From Caedibacter taeniospiralis (lineage in GTDB: Bacteria; Pseudomonadota; Gammaproteobacteria; Francisellales; Francisellaceae), in contig NZ_PGGB02000011.1 of the NCBI RefSeq assembly GCF_002803295.2, positions 77 to 32,076 of the forward strand: a DNA stretch of 32,000 nucleotides. Direction: 5' to 3'. The notes below the pieces were generated by a model. That model saw only the letters and a list, made by a program, of their open reading frames with translations, was not told the DNA's origin and did no database searches. Made by a program: the position numbers and the translations under genes. Shown in pieces: positions 1-8,725 of this stretch (positions are counted from its first letter, which is position 1; each line of letters opens with the position of its first letter).

Positions 1-105
1 CTTAATGAGCATTTATTTGAAGGTCCCTATTTCTCTTTTACCCTGCCATTTCGTAAAACGGAGGATGATGGCAAGGGCAAAAAGCCTGAGCTTTTTTTGG
101 TTGAA
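1..105 (+). CDS. 3' end of an unidentified protein-coding gene (partial, enters from the left edge)
   Basis: Frame 1 is open from base 1 to TGA at 103-105 (…LNEHLFEGPYFSFTLPFRKTEDDGKGKKPELFLVE*). I do not recognise a family. Confidence 0.3.
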
Positions 106-265
106 TGATTATTCAATTAAAACCGTCAATTCGAGGAAAATTTCGCATGGGACTCGTCACTATTTCAGGAACTGACCACACTCCTCCGCAAGCATCCCAG
201 CTGAATGCGTTAAGGAATGAGATCATTTTTGATCATCAGGTGCTTTTAGAGGAACACTAATAAAG

Positions 266-943
266 ATGTGCACTTATGAAAATGTTATTTTTGATTTTGA
301 CTCGACCTTGATTGCTTTTGAGTCTTTAGAATTGGTGATGGCTGATTTACTTCAAGGTGATCAGCACAAAATCCAGCAGCTTGAGATACTGACAAATGCA
401 GGAATGAATGGTGAGATAGGTTTTCGCGAGAGTCTGGAAGCCCGTTTAAGTATTGTTAAACCATCATGTCAAGCACTACACGCCTTTGTTGCACAATATT
501 GCCCTGGTGCGTTTACTATTGGCGTAGAAAAGCTAATTCAAAAACTGCACGCTAATGGTGTGAAAGTGTGGATTATTAGCGGTGGATTTAGGGAACTTAT
601 TTTGCCATTTGCTCAAGTGCTGAATATCCCATCAGCACAGGTATGCGCAGTGAATTTAAATTGGAATGAAAACGGACAGTTTGAAAGCCTTAATAATGAC
701 AATGGATTTTGTGATTCTAAAGTAATGGGGGTACAGAGAATCAGGGAGCAGCTACAAGGACAGACGCTTATTGTTGGTGATGGTTTCACTGATTATGAGC
801 TTTTTAGAGAAGGCATTGCCCATCAGTTTATTGCTTATACAGAACACGTTTCCCGCCAACAGGTTCTGGATGTTGCCCCATTTTATGCGCAAAATATAAC
901 TGAGTTATCCAATTTGATCTACCCTGAAAACCCACGTTTTTGA
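266..943 (+). CDS. HAD-IB superfamily hydrolase, phosphoserine-phosphatase-like
   Basis: 225 aa. HAD motif I is FDFDSTL near the N-terminus, motif II-like is ISGG, motif IV is VGDGFTD. Size and motif spacing fit short SerB-type phosphatases. Confidence 0.65.
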   Translation: MCTYENVIFDFDSTLIAFESLELVMADLLQGDQHKIQQLEILTNAGMNGEIGFRESLEARLSIVKPSCQALHAFVAQYCPGAFTIGVEKLIQKLHANGVKVWIISGGFRELILPFAQVLNIPSAQVCAVNLNWNENGQFESLNNDNGFCDSKVMGVQRIREQLQGQTLIVGDGFTDYELFREGIAHQFIAYTEHVSRQQVLDVAPFYAQNITELSNLIYPENPRF

Positions 944-1029
944 TCTCTCCCGCTTTAAGATAGCAGTTTAAGGCTATCAGTAATTTATGCTAAACTAGTC
1001 CAACTTTAAAATATAACCATTTTTTGAGC

Positions 1030-1545
1030 ATGGCAAAATTAACCGTACTAAAGTATCCACATCCCTTTTTAAAGCAAAAAGCCAATCCTGTTGCCACCGA
1101 GGCAATTAACGATGATTTACGTCAACTGATTGCAGATATGTTTGAGACAATGTATGCCGAGCATGGTGGGGGGCTTGCTGCTACGCAAGTGGGTTTAAAC
1201 ATGCGCTTGTTTATTATGGATGGCTCGGAGAATAAAGATCAGAAATTTGTTGCCATTAATCCTAAGATTATTGAGCGCAAGGGTGAAGTCGATGATGAGG
1301 AAGGCTGCCTGTCCTTTCCTGGCGTCTCGGCTAAGGTTAAGCGCTCAGAATGGGTAAAAATGTCCGCCGTGAATGAATTTGGCGAAGCCTACGAAATGGA
1401 GTGTGATGGCTACCATGGACGTTGTATTCAGCATGAAATTGATCACCTGGATGGTGTTACTTATTTTGACCATTTATCGCCACTTAAACGTAAGATGATT
1501 GAGAAAAAATATAAGAAGCTTATGCAGGAAAATGAAGGCAGTTAA
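1030..1545 (+). CDS. def: peptide deformylase
   Basis: Carries the GLAATQVG, EGCLSFPG and HEIDHLDG metal and active-site motifs. I prefer ATG at 1030 (MAKLTVLKYPHP…) over the TTG at 1024 used by the ORF track. Confidence 0.9.
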   Translation: MAKLTVLKYPHPFLKQKANPVATEAINDDLRQLIADMFETMYAEHGGGLAATQVGLNMRLFIMDGSENKDQKFVAINPKIIERKGEVDDEEGCLSFPGVSAKVKRSEWVKMSAVNEFGEAYEMECDGYHGRCIQHEIDHLDGVTYFDHLSPLKRKMIEKKYKKLMQENEGS

Positions 1546-1550
1546 AAAAA

Positions 1551-2375
1551 ATGAACTTAATACTTTCCGAGTTAGGCAAAAAATCGCAGTACAAAAGCGA
1601 GTATGATCGAGACTTACTGTTTCCAATCCCTCGAGCTGTCAAGCGCGAAGAATTAGGGATTGTGGGTAAACCCCTGTTTCAGGGCACGGACATCTGGACG
1701 GCATTTGAAATATCCTGGCTTAATAGCAGAGGTAAGCCTGAAGTGCGTATTGGCGTATTTGAAATTGACGCTTTATCAGAATTCTTAATTGAATCAAAAA
1801 GCTTTAAATTGTATCTTAACTCCTTTAATAGTACGCGCTTTACAAGCGATGACGAGGTTGCCACGATCATGCAGCGTGATTTGTCTAAAGCAGTCATGGG
1901 TGACGTGCGCGTTCAGCTATATCAGCTCAAAGAATATCCCACGATCATTTCCAATCAATTTGACGCTGAATCGATTGATGGACTGGATATTGAAATTACA
2001 GAATATATAGCAAATCCACGATTCTTAAAGGCAGATCATAGCATTCAAGTGCACGAGATATTGAGCAGTGACTTACTCAAATCCAATTGTCTGGTTACTT
2101 TTCAGCCTGACTGGGGCAGTGTTCTGATTGATTATACAGGAGGGAAAATCGATCAGGAGGGGTTGCTTAAATACCTTATTTCCTTTCGTGATCACAATGA
2201 ATTTCATGAACAATGCGTTGAGCGCATCCATAGCGACATCATGCAATATTGCCAACCAGACAAGCTTTGTGTTTATGCACGCTATACACGTCGTGGAGGA
2301 TTGGATATCAATCCTATTCGCGCTAACTATGCTTACGATCCTAAGCACAAAAAAATTCGTTTGGCGAGACAGTAA
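1551..2375 (+). CDS. queF: NADPH-dependent 7-cyano-7-deazaguanine (preQ0) reductase, two-domain type II
   Basis: 274 aa with ESKSFKLYLNSF and the HEQCVERI-type region typical of YqcD-type QueF. Starts 5 nt after the def stop, so likely co-transcribed. Confidence 0.85.
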   Translation: MNLILSELGKKSQYKSEYDRDLLFPIPRAVKREELGIVGKPLFQGTDIWTAFEISWLNSRGKPEVRIGVFEIDALSEFLIESKSFKLYLNSFNSTRFTSDDEVATIMQRDLSKAVMGDVRVQLYQLKEYPTIISNQFDAESIDGLDIEITEYIANPRFLKADHSIQVHEILSSDLLKSNCLVTFQPDWGSVLIDYTGGKIDQEGLLKYLISFRDHNEFHEQCVERIHSDIMQYCQPDKLCVYARYTRRGGLDINPIRANYAYDPKHKKIRLARQ

Positions 2376-2417
2376 GTAAGTTCGCGCCCTACTCCGTCTA
2401 TTTTCAATACGAATCAA

Positions 2418-2455
2418 AGTTGAATTAATGGCATTAACCTTCAACTAACTTTTAA
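2418..2455 (+). terminator. imperfect stem-loop followed by a T-rich tract downstream of queF
   Basis: AGTTGAATTAATG-G-CATTAA-CC-TTCAACT (2418-2446) followed by AACTTTTAATTT. Stem has a 2-nt bulge and the T tract is interrupted. Confidence 0.4.
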
Positions 2456-2540
2456 TTTCTAACGAATGACTGCTTGACTTAAGAGTCAAAAATTCAGACA
2501 CTCTAAAGCTTATCTGCAACAACACTTTTCATAATGCACT

Positions 2541-3131
2541 ATGTTTGTTTTAATGCTCATCATTAGCTACTTATTTGGCTCGATTAACAGCGCCATTATC
2601 ATCTGTAAATTATTTGCTCTTCCCTCTCCTAGAAGCGTTGGCTCAGGCAATCCAGGAGCAACGAACGTTCTACGCTTAGGTGGCAAAAAAGCCGCAGCAA
2701 TTACCCTTTTGAGTGACGTCATCAAAGGGCTGATCCCTGTGCTTATTGCGCACTTGTTACAGCTTAGCTCAGTTGAAATTGGCTATGTGGCAGTTGCGGC
2801 AGTTATCGGTCATATATTTCCACTATTCTTTGGCTTTAAGGGTGGAAAAGGAGTGGCGACATTAATCGGTGTGATCCTGGGATTTTATTGGCTTATCGGT
2901 GTTATCTTCTTAATTGCGTGGCTCATATGTGCAGCTATCAGTAGATATTCTTCGCTATCAGCGCTTATCGCCACCGTTGTTTCTGCCACCTGTATCATAT
3001 TCCTGTATGATTTTGGAACAGCATTGCCATTTTTAATCATCGCGATGATCGTTATTATTCGCCATCACGAGAATATCAAGCGTCTTATCAATGGTAGCGA
3101 AAGCAAGATAGGGCAGAAAAAACATGCCTGA
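2541..3131 (+). CDS. plsY: glycerol-3-phosphate acyltransferase PlsY
   Basis: 196-aa polytopic membrane protein with the GSGNPGATNVLR and FKGGKGVAT signatures. Confidence 0.9.
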   Translation: MFVLMLIISYLFGSINSAIIICKLFALPSPRSVGSGNPGATNVLRLGGKKAAAITLLSDVIKGLIPVLIAHLLQLSSVEIGYVAVAAVIGHIFPLFFGFKGGKGVATLIGVILGFYWLIGVIFLIAWLICAAISRYSSLSALIATVVSATCIIFLYDFGTALPFLIIAMIVIIRHHENIKRLINGSESKIGQKKHA

Positions 3132-3960
3132 GCTACCCGAGGTTGAAACGATTAAAAACGGGTTAAGCCAGTACTGCTTAGACCGCCAGATTATTGCTGT
3201 CGCAATTAACTTCCCAAAACTGCGCTATCCTGTTGATCCTGAGATTGCACAAAAAATCATCTTACAGACGATCAAACACATCGATCGACGAGGAAAGTAT
3301 TTACTTATTTACCTTAATGACTATTCGCTCATTATCCATCTTGGAATGTCTGGCTCGCTGCAAATCGTTGATAGCGATCAATATCAAGCGCAAAGACACG
3401 ATCATATTGTTATTAGGCTAAGTGATCGGCAAACGCTTTTTTATCGTGATCCGCGGCGTTTTGGCTATTGGCATATAACTAACGATGATCCACTGAAGCA
3501 TCCTTGTTTTGTAAGCTACGGGGTCGAAGCCTTAAGTCAGGCATTTAATGAAAACCATCTCAAAACCATACTAAAAACAACTAATCGTGCCATAAAATCT
3601 TTGATAATGGATAACAAAGTCGTTGTTGGGATTGGTAATATCTACGCCTGTGAGAGTTTATTTAAAGCTAAAATTCACCCCTTAAGAGCAGGAAAATCAT
3701 TGTCTGATCAGGAAAACGAAACTCTCGTTAAGTCGATCAAAACCACTCTGTTGGAGGCTATAGAGCAAGGCGGAACCACTTTAAAAGATTATAAAAATGC
3801 CACGGGAAAACCTGGGTATTTTGCACAATCTCTGCAAGTCTATGGTCAAAAAGACAAACCATGCCAGGTCTGTAAAACGCCCATTGAATCGACCATCATT
3901 GGTCAAAGAAATACATTCTATTGCTCCCAGTGCCAGCCCCACAGAGGCATAACACTATGA
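3124..3960 (+). CDS. mutM: formamidopyrimidine-DNA glycosylase
   Basis: N-terminal MPELPEVET catalytic motif and a C-terminal zinc finger (CQVC…CSQC). Overlaps the plsY end by 8 nt. Confidence 0.9.
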   Translation: MPELPEVETIKNGLSQYCLDRQIIAVAINFPKLRYPVDPEIAQKIILQTIKHIDRRGKYLLIYLNDYSLIIHLGMSGSLQIVDSDQYQAQRHDHIVIRLSDRQTLFYRDPRRFGYWHITNDDPLKHPCFVSYGVEALSQAFNENHLKTILKTTNRAIKSLIMDNKVVVGIGNIYACESLFKAKIHPLRAGKSLSDQENETLVKSIKTTLLEAIEQGGTTLKDYKNATGKPGYFAQSLQVYGQKDKPCQVCKTPIESTIIGQRNTFYCSQCQPHRGITL

Positions 3961-4949
3961 TCAAAGTCAATTACCTGGATGCGTTAAAAGCCATCAAACA
4001 ACAAGACTTTCCCTGCTACGTGGTCACAGGCAAGGAGCCTTATCAAAAAAATAAACTGATTGAGGCGATTAACCAAAAATACAAAGCGCAAAACTTCGAA
4101 ATTTTACGCGATCAAATCATTGCTCAACAATACGATTTCTTACAAAGCAACTTCAATAGCTTTAGTTTATTTTCTAAAGAGCGCTTATTGCAGCTTCATA
4201 TCAGCAAAGCCCCTGATAAAGATGCTCAAAAACTGCTAGTCGACTGTTTGAGCAATATCTCTGCAAACGATAGGTTTTTGCTTATTTTTGATGACTTAAC
4301 CAGCGCACAGCACAAAGCTAAATGGTTTCAATCGATTATTCAAAATGCCTTGTATGTTCAAGTATGGCCCGTGAACGTGTCCGAGGCAATTAGACTTATC
4401 AAGTTGGAGCTTTCCTCTTTGGCTAAGCCTGTTTCTTTAACGCCAGAAGCATTGATGTTACTTGCACAAAAAACTGAAGGTAATCTATTTGCAGCCAACC
4501 AGATTCTCACACTCCTGCAGCACCAGTCTCAATCCCACTTTGATGAAGTAAAGCTTGCTGAGTACCTAACTAATGCAATGAATTACGATGTGTTTGATCT
4601 TGGGCAAAGTTTGATCGAGCATAACCTTAAGCGCTCATTGGCAATATTACAGCATTTATTTAAAGAACAAGTTGATGCAGTGCTCGTTCTGTGGGCAATT
4701 TTAAAAGAAATTCGCATTTGCCTGACGCTTGCTACCCAAGATCCAGCAGCACAACAACAAACCTATATTCGCAATAATATATGGCAATCAAAGCAAAGTG
4801 CCTATCAGCGTTTGATGAAAAAATTCACCAAACAACACTATGCGCAATTTTTTAATCAGTGTTTTGCGATTGATTTAATCATAAAAGGCATTGAACCAGG
4901 AAATGTAGAACAGAGCTTAACTGAGCTTGTTGTACAATTTCACCAGTGA
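3957..4949 (+). CDS. holA: DNA polymerase III delta subunit
   Basis: About 330 aa with delta-like features (…VVTGKEPYQKNK…, …KTEGNLFAANQILTLL…). ATG at 3957 forms an ATGA overlap with the mutM stop. The ORF-track start at 3921 would lie inside mutM. Confidence 0.7.
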   Translation: MIKVNYLDALKAIKQQDFPCYVVTGKEPYQKNKLIEAINQKYKAQNFEILRDQIIAQQYDFLQSNFNSFSLFSKERLLQLHISKAPDKDAQKLLVDCLSNISANDRFLLIFDDLTSAQHKAKWFQSIIQNALYVQVWPVNVSEAIRLIKLELSSLAKPVSLTPEALMLLAQKTEGNLFAANQILTLLQHQSQSHFDEVKLAEYLTNAMNYDVFDLGQSLIEHNLKRSLAILQHLFKEQVDAVLVLWAILKEIRICLTLATQDPAAQQQTYIRNNIWQSKQSAYQRLMKKFTKQHYAQFFNQCFAIDLIIKGIEPGNVEQSLTELVVQFHQ

Positions 4950-5156
4950 CTGCGCGTAAGTATTCAACAAAGAGAATTTGAAATGACCAGCCAAAAAAAC
5001 TCAACAAGCCAAAGTACGATGAATTTGTCAAATTCAACCTTACCAGTGACTTGATTGCCGAATGTACAGGTCTTGACATGGATACTGTCCTGAACTTACG
5101 AAAAGAAATCGCCGCCAGGACGCAGCACTAGCGTTTCCATACATCACAGTGTCTCT

Positions 5157-5729
5157 TCAACAGCTTTGTGATCCCCCCTCTACATTCGACGTTATTCTGC
5201 CAATAATATTAATCACTATCGTTCTTATAAAGCGATTAACTCCCTGATCATCAACGACTGAGCAATAGCGCAAGGTCAATGCTGTTGCAGACAACCCATT
5301 TGGTCTAAAGCGAACATTAATGCCATTGCTACTTGAAATATAATCACCAGCTTCTGGCGCTTCAACTATCGATATTATGCGATCAACCTCGGTAGAATTC
5401 CCAGCTGAGCTTGTGAACAACAGCAAACGATTATTACCCCAGTTTGCCGCCGTTACTGTGGTATTACAGCTTGAACCATTTGCAGTTGGACATAGAAAAA
5501 CCGATATGGATTCCGACATTGCCGTTATTCTCCCAAGCTCCAACGCTGCGCGAACCCGATCCATATAAACTTCTGAGTTCGCACGACCAAAGCTTCCCAC
5601 CATTAGCGGCACAGCTATGGCTGCTGCAATAGCCAATATCATTAGTACAATCATTGCCTCAATAAGGCTAAATCCTGGGCTTTTACCTGCACTGTTTTGA
5701 TAATTTTTGCTATTTTTTCTCATCTTCAT
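5157..5729 (-). CDS. type IV pilus minor pilin, FimT/FimU (GspH-domain) family
   Basis: Prepilin class III signal G|FSLIEAMIVLMILAIAAAIAVP after a 19-residue leader. The size (190 aa) and Cys-containing C-terminal domain fit the GspH/FimT family. Confidence 0.7.
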   Translation of the reverse strand: MKMRKNSKNYQNSAGKSPGFSLIEAMIVLMILAIAAAIAVPLMVGSFGRANSEVYMDRVRAALELGRITAMSESISVFLCPTANGSSCNTTVTAANWGNNRLLLFTSSAGNSTEVDRIISIVEAPEAGDYISSSNGINVRFRPNGLSATALTLRYCSVVDDQGVNRFIRTIVINIIGRITSNVEGGSQSC

Positions 5730-5730
5730 G

Positions 5731-5758
5731 TTGCAATTGACTCTATATTCCCTATAAT
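5731..5758 (+). promoter_or_regulatory. sigma70-type promoter for tRNA-Lys
   Basis: TTGCAA (5731-5736), 16-nt spacer, TATAAT (5753-5758). The mature tRNA 5' end lies 18 nt downstream. The promoter abuts the divergent pilin start codon. Confidence 0.6.
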
Positions 5759-5775
5759 GTGCCCTGTCTTTCGTC

Positions 5776-5851
5776 GGGTCGTTAGCTCAGTCGGTAGAGC
5801 AGCTGGCTTTTAACCAGTTGGTCGCAGGTTCGAATCCTGCACGACCCACCA
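5776..5851 (+). tRNA. tRNA-Lys (anticodon UUU)
   Basis: Folded by hand into a cloverleaf. Acceptor GGGTCGT/ACGACCC, D arm GCTC…GAGC, anticodon stem GCTGG/CCAGT with loop CTTTTAA, T arm GCAGG-TTCGAAT-CCTGC, encoded CCA. Confidence 0.95.
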
Positions 5852-5860
5852 TTTATTATT

Positions 5861-7159
5861 CTATTCCAAACCGCCAATGCGATTTTCAGTAACAAAAGCT
5901 TCAAACAATTCCACAGTTTTGTCTATATCTTCGTCACTATGCGCTATAGACATAAACCCTGCCTCAAAAGCCGATGGAGCGAAATATACACCATGGTCCA
6001 GCATGTAGTGAAAAAAGCGATTAAATTGCTCCAAGTCACAAGTTTTAACGTCATTGAAACTCAGAATATCTTGCGTTTGGGTAAAGAAAAGTCCAAACAT
6101 GCTACCAATCGCTTTGGCTACAAATGGAAATTTATGGCGTTTAGCGACTCTATTTAAGCCATCAATCAGTCGTCTGGTCTTTTGACTGATCGCATCGTAA
6201 AATCCTGGCTGAGAAATTTTCTCCAAAGTGGTTAATCCTGCAATCATCGCCACAGGATTACCCGAAAGTGTCCCTGCCTGATATACATTTCCAGAAGGTG
6301 CAATCATTTGCATAATTTCTTTTTTCCCACCAAAGGCACCAACTGGCATGCCACCACCAATGACTTTACCAAATGTTGTTAAATCCGGGGTAATGTGATA
6401 CAGATCTTGTGCTCCTGTTAATCCCACGCGGAATCCCGTCATCACTTCATCAAAAATAAGTAACGCACCATATTGATCGCATAAGTAACGTAAGCCCTGT
6501 AAAAAACCGTTGGATGGCTCTATTAAATTCATATTGCCTGCCACTGGCTCTAGAATGACGCACGCAATGTCATCAGGATAAGTTCTAAATAGATCAGTAA
6601 CACTTTCCAGATCATTAAATGAGGCAGTTAAGGTGTCTTTTACGGTACCTTTTGTTACCCCTGGCGAGTTCGGTAAACCGAGTGTCAAAGCCCCGGACCC
6701 TGCAGCAACCAGAAACTGATCGGCATGTCCATGATAGCATCCTGCGAATTTTATGATCTTATCACGCTTTGTATAGCCACGAGCTAAACGCACGGCACTC
6801 ATTGTGGCTTCTGTGCCTGAGCTTACAAAACGTACCAGATCAATACTACTGATCATGCTACATATTTTTTTTGCAAGCTTAATTTCAAGCTCAGAAGGCG
6901 CGCCATAACTTAAACCTGATTCAGTCTGATGTTGTACCGCTTTGATGACATCATCATCCGCGTGTCCCAAGATCATAGGACCCCATGAGCCAACGTAATC
7001 AATATATTTCTTACCATCGGCGTCATAAACGTAAGCCCCCTTGGCTTTAGCAATAAACCTGGGTGTGCCACCAACCCCTTTAAAAGCTCGCACGGGAGAA
7101 TTTACTCCGCCTGGAATATATTTTTGTGCTTCATTAAACAAGTTTTGTGAGTTTATCAT
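5861..7159 (-). CDS. hemL: glutamate-1-semialdehyde 2,1-aminomutase
   Basis: 432 aa. N-terminus is …[13 protein letters not shown]…, with a class-III aminotransferase PLP region (…FDEVMTGFR…, …TFGKVIGGG…). Confidence 0.92.
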   Translation of the reverse strand: MINSQNLFNEAQKYIPGGVNSPVRAFKGVGGTPRFIAKAKGAYVYDADGKKYIDYVGSWGPMILGHADDDVIKAVQHQTESGLSYGAPSELEIKLAKKICSMISSIDLVRFVSSGTEATMSAVRLARGYTKRDKIIKFAGCYHGHADQFLVAAGSGALTLGLPNSPGVTKGTVKDTLTASFNDLESVTDLFRTYPDDIACVILEPVAGNMNLIEPSNGFLQGLRYLCDQYGALLIFDEVMTGFRVGLTGAQDLYHITPDLTTFGKVIGGGMPVGAFGGKKEIMQMIAPSGNVYQAGTLSGNPVAMIAGLTTLEKISQPGFYDAISQKTRRLIDGLNRVAKRHKFPFVAKAIGSMFGLFFTQTQDILSFNDVKTCDLEQFNRFFHYMLDHGVYFAPSAFEAGFMSIAHSDEDIDKTVELFEAFVTENRIGGLE

Positions 7160-7165
7160 TGTCTA

Positions 7166-8122
7166 CTAACTCCTGTTGGTTATTCTATCTTCTACAACAT
7201 CCATTAATATATCGGTTGCATTGATTCCACTTTCATTATAAATCTGTTGAGCCATGGTTGGACTCGTTATATTAATTTCCGTTAAACGATTCCCAATGAC
7301 ATCAATACCTGCAAATAACACACCACTTTCTTTAAGATCTTTGCCGACGATAGCTGCTATTTCAAACTCTTCAGCAGTGAGCTTTCTAACAACTGGAGTC
7401 GCACCTCGTGCTAAGTTACCGCGACTGTCATCTTTACTTGGGATACGTGCAACCAAATACTCAAGCGGTTCACCATCAACAATTAAGATGCGCTTATCAC
7501 CCTCTTTAATGGCTGCCTGGTACTCTTGCACCATAATAAACCGAGATTCATATCTGGTAATCGTTTCCAGGATTACATTTTTATTTGGGTCATTCGGCTG
7601 AATGCGGAAAATAGACTCTCCTCCCATACCATCTAATGGTTTAACCACGACATCTTGATAGCGTTCAATAAAGTCTTTAATCACCTTAAATGAACGACTG
7701 ACCATAGTTTTTGGCGTAAGATTTGGGTAACGTGTGATCGAGAATTTCTCATTGGCATCACGCAGGGTTTGTGGCTTATTGATGATTAGCGCGCCTTGTT
7801 TTTCAGCTAACTCAAGGATGTAGGTAGCATAGACGAACTCCATATTAAATGGGGGATCTTTGCGCATAAAGATTGCGTCAAACTCACCGAGTTTCATCTT
7901 GTCTCCAGGGGTCAACTGATACCATTTGTTATGCTCTTTTGAACCAGTTAGTATCAACTCATAACCCTGTCCGTAAGCCACACCATCCTCAACAAAGATA
8001 TCCTGGAGCTCGAATACATACTGCTGCCATTCCTTCTTTGCCACTGACAGCATCATCATATAAGCCGTGTCTTTTTTGATGTTAAATGTATGTAATGGAT
8101 CAATAATAAATGCAACTTTCAT
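7166..8122 (-). CDS. gshB: glutathione synthetase
   Basis: 318-aa ATP-grasp protein with MKVAFIIDP…, …FMRKDPPF… and …VVKPLDGMGG… typical of prokaryotic GshB. Its stop lies 6 nt upstream of the hemL start. Confidence 0.88.
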   Translation of the reverse strand: MKVAFIIDPLHTFNIKKDTAYMMMLSVAKKEWQQYVFELQDIFVEDGVAYGQGYELILTGSKEHNKWYQLTPGDKMKLGEFDAIFMRKDPPFNMEFVYATYILELAEKQGALIINKPQTLRDANEKFSITRYPNLTPKTMVSRSFKVIKDFIERYQDVVVKPLDGMGGESIFRIQPNDPNKNVILETITRYESRFIMVQEYQAAIKEGDKRILIVDGEPLEYLVARIPSKDDSRGNLARGATPVVRKLTAEEFEIAAIVGKDLKESGVLFAGIDVIGNRLTEINITSPTMAQQIYNESGINATDILMDVVEDRITNRS

Positions 8123-8156
8123 TTTTTCCCCTGGTTAAGCATAAACACTGACGCTT

Positions 8157-8165
8157 ATTCTAACA
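8157..8165 (-). promoter_or_regulatory. extended -10 element (TGTTAGAAT) upstream of gshB
   Basis: The minus strand reads GGTGTTAGAATAAGC about 35 nt upstream of the gshB ATG. The same GTGTTAGAAT 10-mer occurs upstream of smpB. The -35 is poor. Confidence 0.35.
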
Positions 8166-8236
8166 CCAACAGGCATTGATCAAAGAACTGATTACTAAAC
8201 TTTTATGAAACCATCCCCTGGCAAATACGGTAGGAT

Positions 8237-8581
8237 TTACACTGAAAAAGAAGAACCACAGCCGCAAGTGGTTTTGGCATTTGGATTACGAATAATAAAA
8301 TGCGCACCCTCAACATCTTCCTTGTAATCGATATCTGCACCAACAAGGTACTGAAAACTCATTGCATCCACCAGCAGGTAGACTCCCTGGTTCTCAAAAA
8401 TCATGTCATCTTCTTTTTGCGCTTCATCAAAGGTAAAGCCATACTGGAAACCAGAACAGCCACCACCTGTAATATATACGCGAAGTTTTAAATTATTACT
8501 CTCTTCTTCAGAAACGAGTTCTTTTACTTTTAAAGCAGCTGCATCAGTAAAATTCAGCGGTTGTACTTGTTGAACACTCAT
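8237..8581 (-). CDS. erpA: iron-sulfur cluster insertion protein (A-type carrier)
   Basis: 114 aa, HesB/IscA family, with GGGCSGFQY and C-terminal CGCGSSF cysteine ligands. Confidence 0.88.
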   Translation of the reverse strand: MSVQQVQPLNFTDAAALKVKELVSEEESNNLKLRVYITGGGCSGFQYGFTFDEAQKEDDMIFENQGVYLLVDAMSFQYLVGADIDYKEDVEGAHFIIRNPNAKTTCGCGSSFSV

Positions 8582-8637
8582 CTTGCTTCCTTATTTTACT
8601 TTCTGGCTTTGACAAACTTACCACACACCTTTACAAA

Positions 8638-8669
8638 GGGCGTATGCAATGGGCGTATGCAATACGCCC
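8638..8669. repeat. 13-nt tandem duplication (GGGCGTATGCAAT x2) overlapping an 8-bp stem / 3-nt loop hairpin
   Basis: Copies lie at 8638-8650 and 8651-8663. GGGCGTAT (8651-8658) pairs with ATACGCCC (8662-8669). It sits between the pnp stop and the erpA start and may act as a pnp 3' stem-loop, though there is no clean U tract. Confidence 0.5.
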
Positions 8670-8725
8670 CTACTCACTTAATGCGTTTCATGGGGCGAAG
8701 ACCTACTTTTTGTTTGTCATATTAC

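Noticed and set aside
147-260. A 37-codon ORF (MGLVTISGTDHTPPQASQLNALRNEIIFDHQVLLEEH) with a GAGG 10 nt upstream, just before the HAD phosphatase gene.
   Set aside because: It is too short, has no recognisable motif and cannot be supported from sequence alone. It could be tested by conservation in relatives.
2073-2444. Antisense or shadow ORFs overlapping well-supported genes: 1679-1897, 1789-2010, 2073-2444, 2128-2379, 5377-5632, 7254-7601, 8561-8851, 9184-9441, 9723-10031, 10203-10472, 10981-11226, 11603-11830, 16876-17196, 18691-19107, 20312-20818, 21824-22150, 23728-23925, 25027-25254, 27669-27851, 31068-31412.
   Set aside because: Each lies within or opposite a gene with strong family signatures. 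Their translations are low-complexity or Ser/Leu/Arg-rich, typical of non-coding frames, and none has a convincing RBS.
5852-5860. tRNA-Lys as a possible integration hotspot (island or attachment repeat).
   Set aside because: The hemL stop is only 9 nt from the tRNA 3' end. I saw no second copy of the tRNA 3' segment in the window and no integrase. The flanking pilin gene lies on the 5' (promoter) side.
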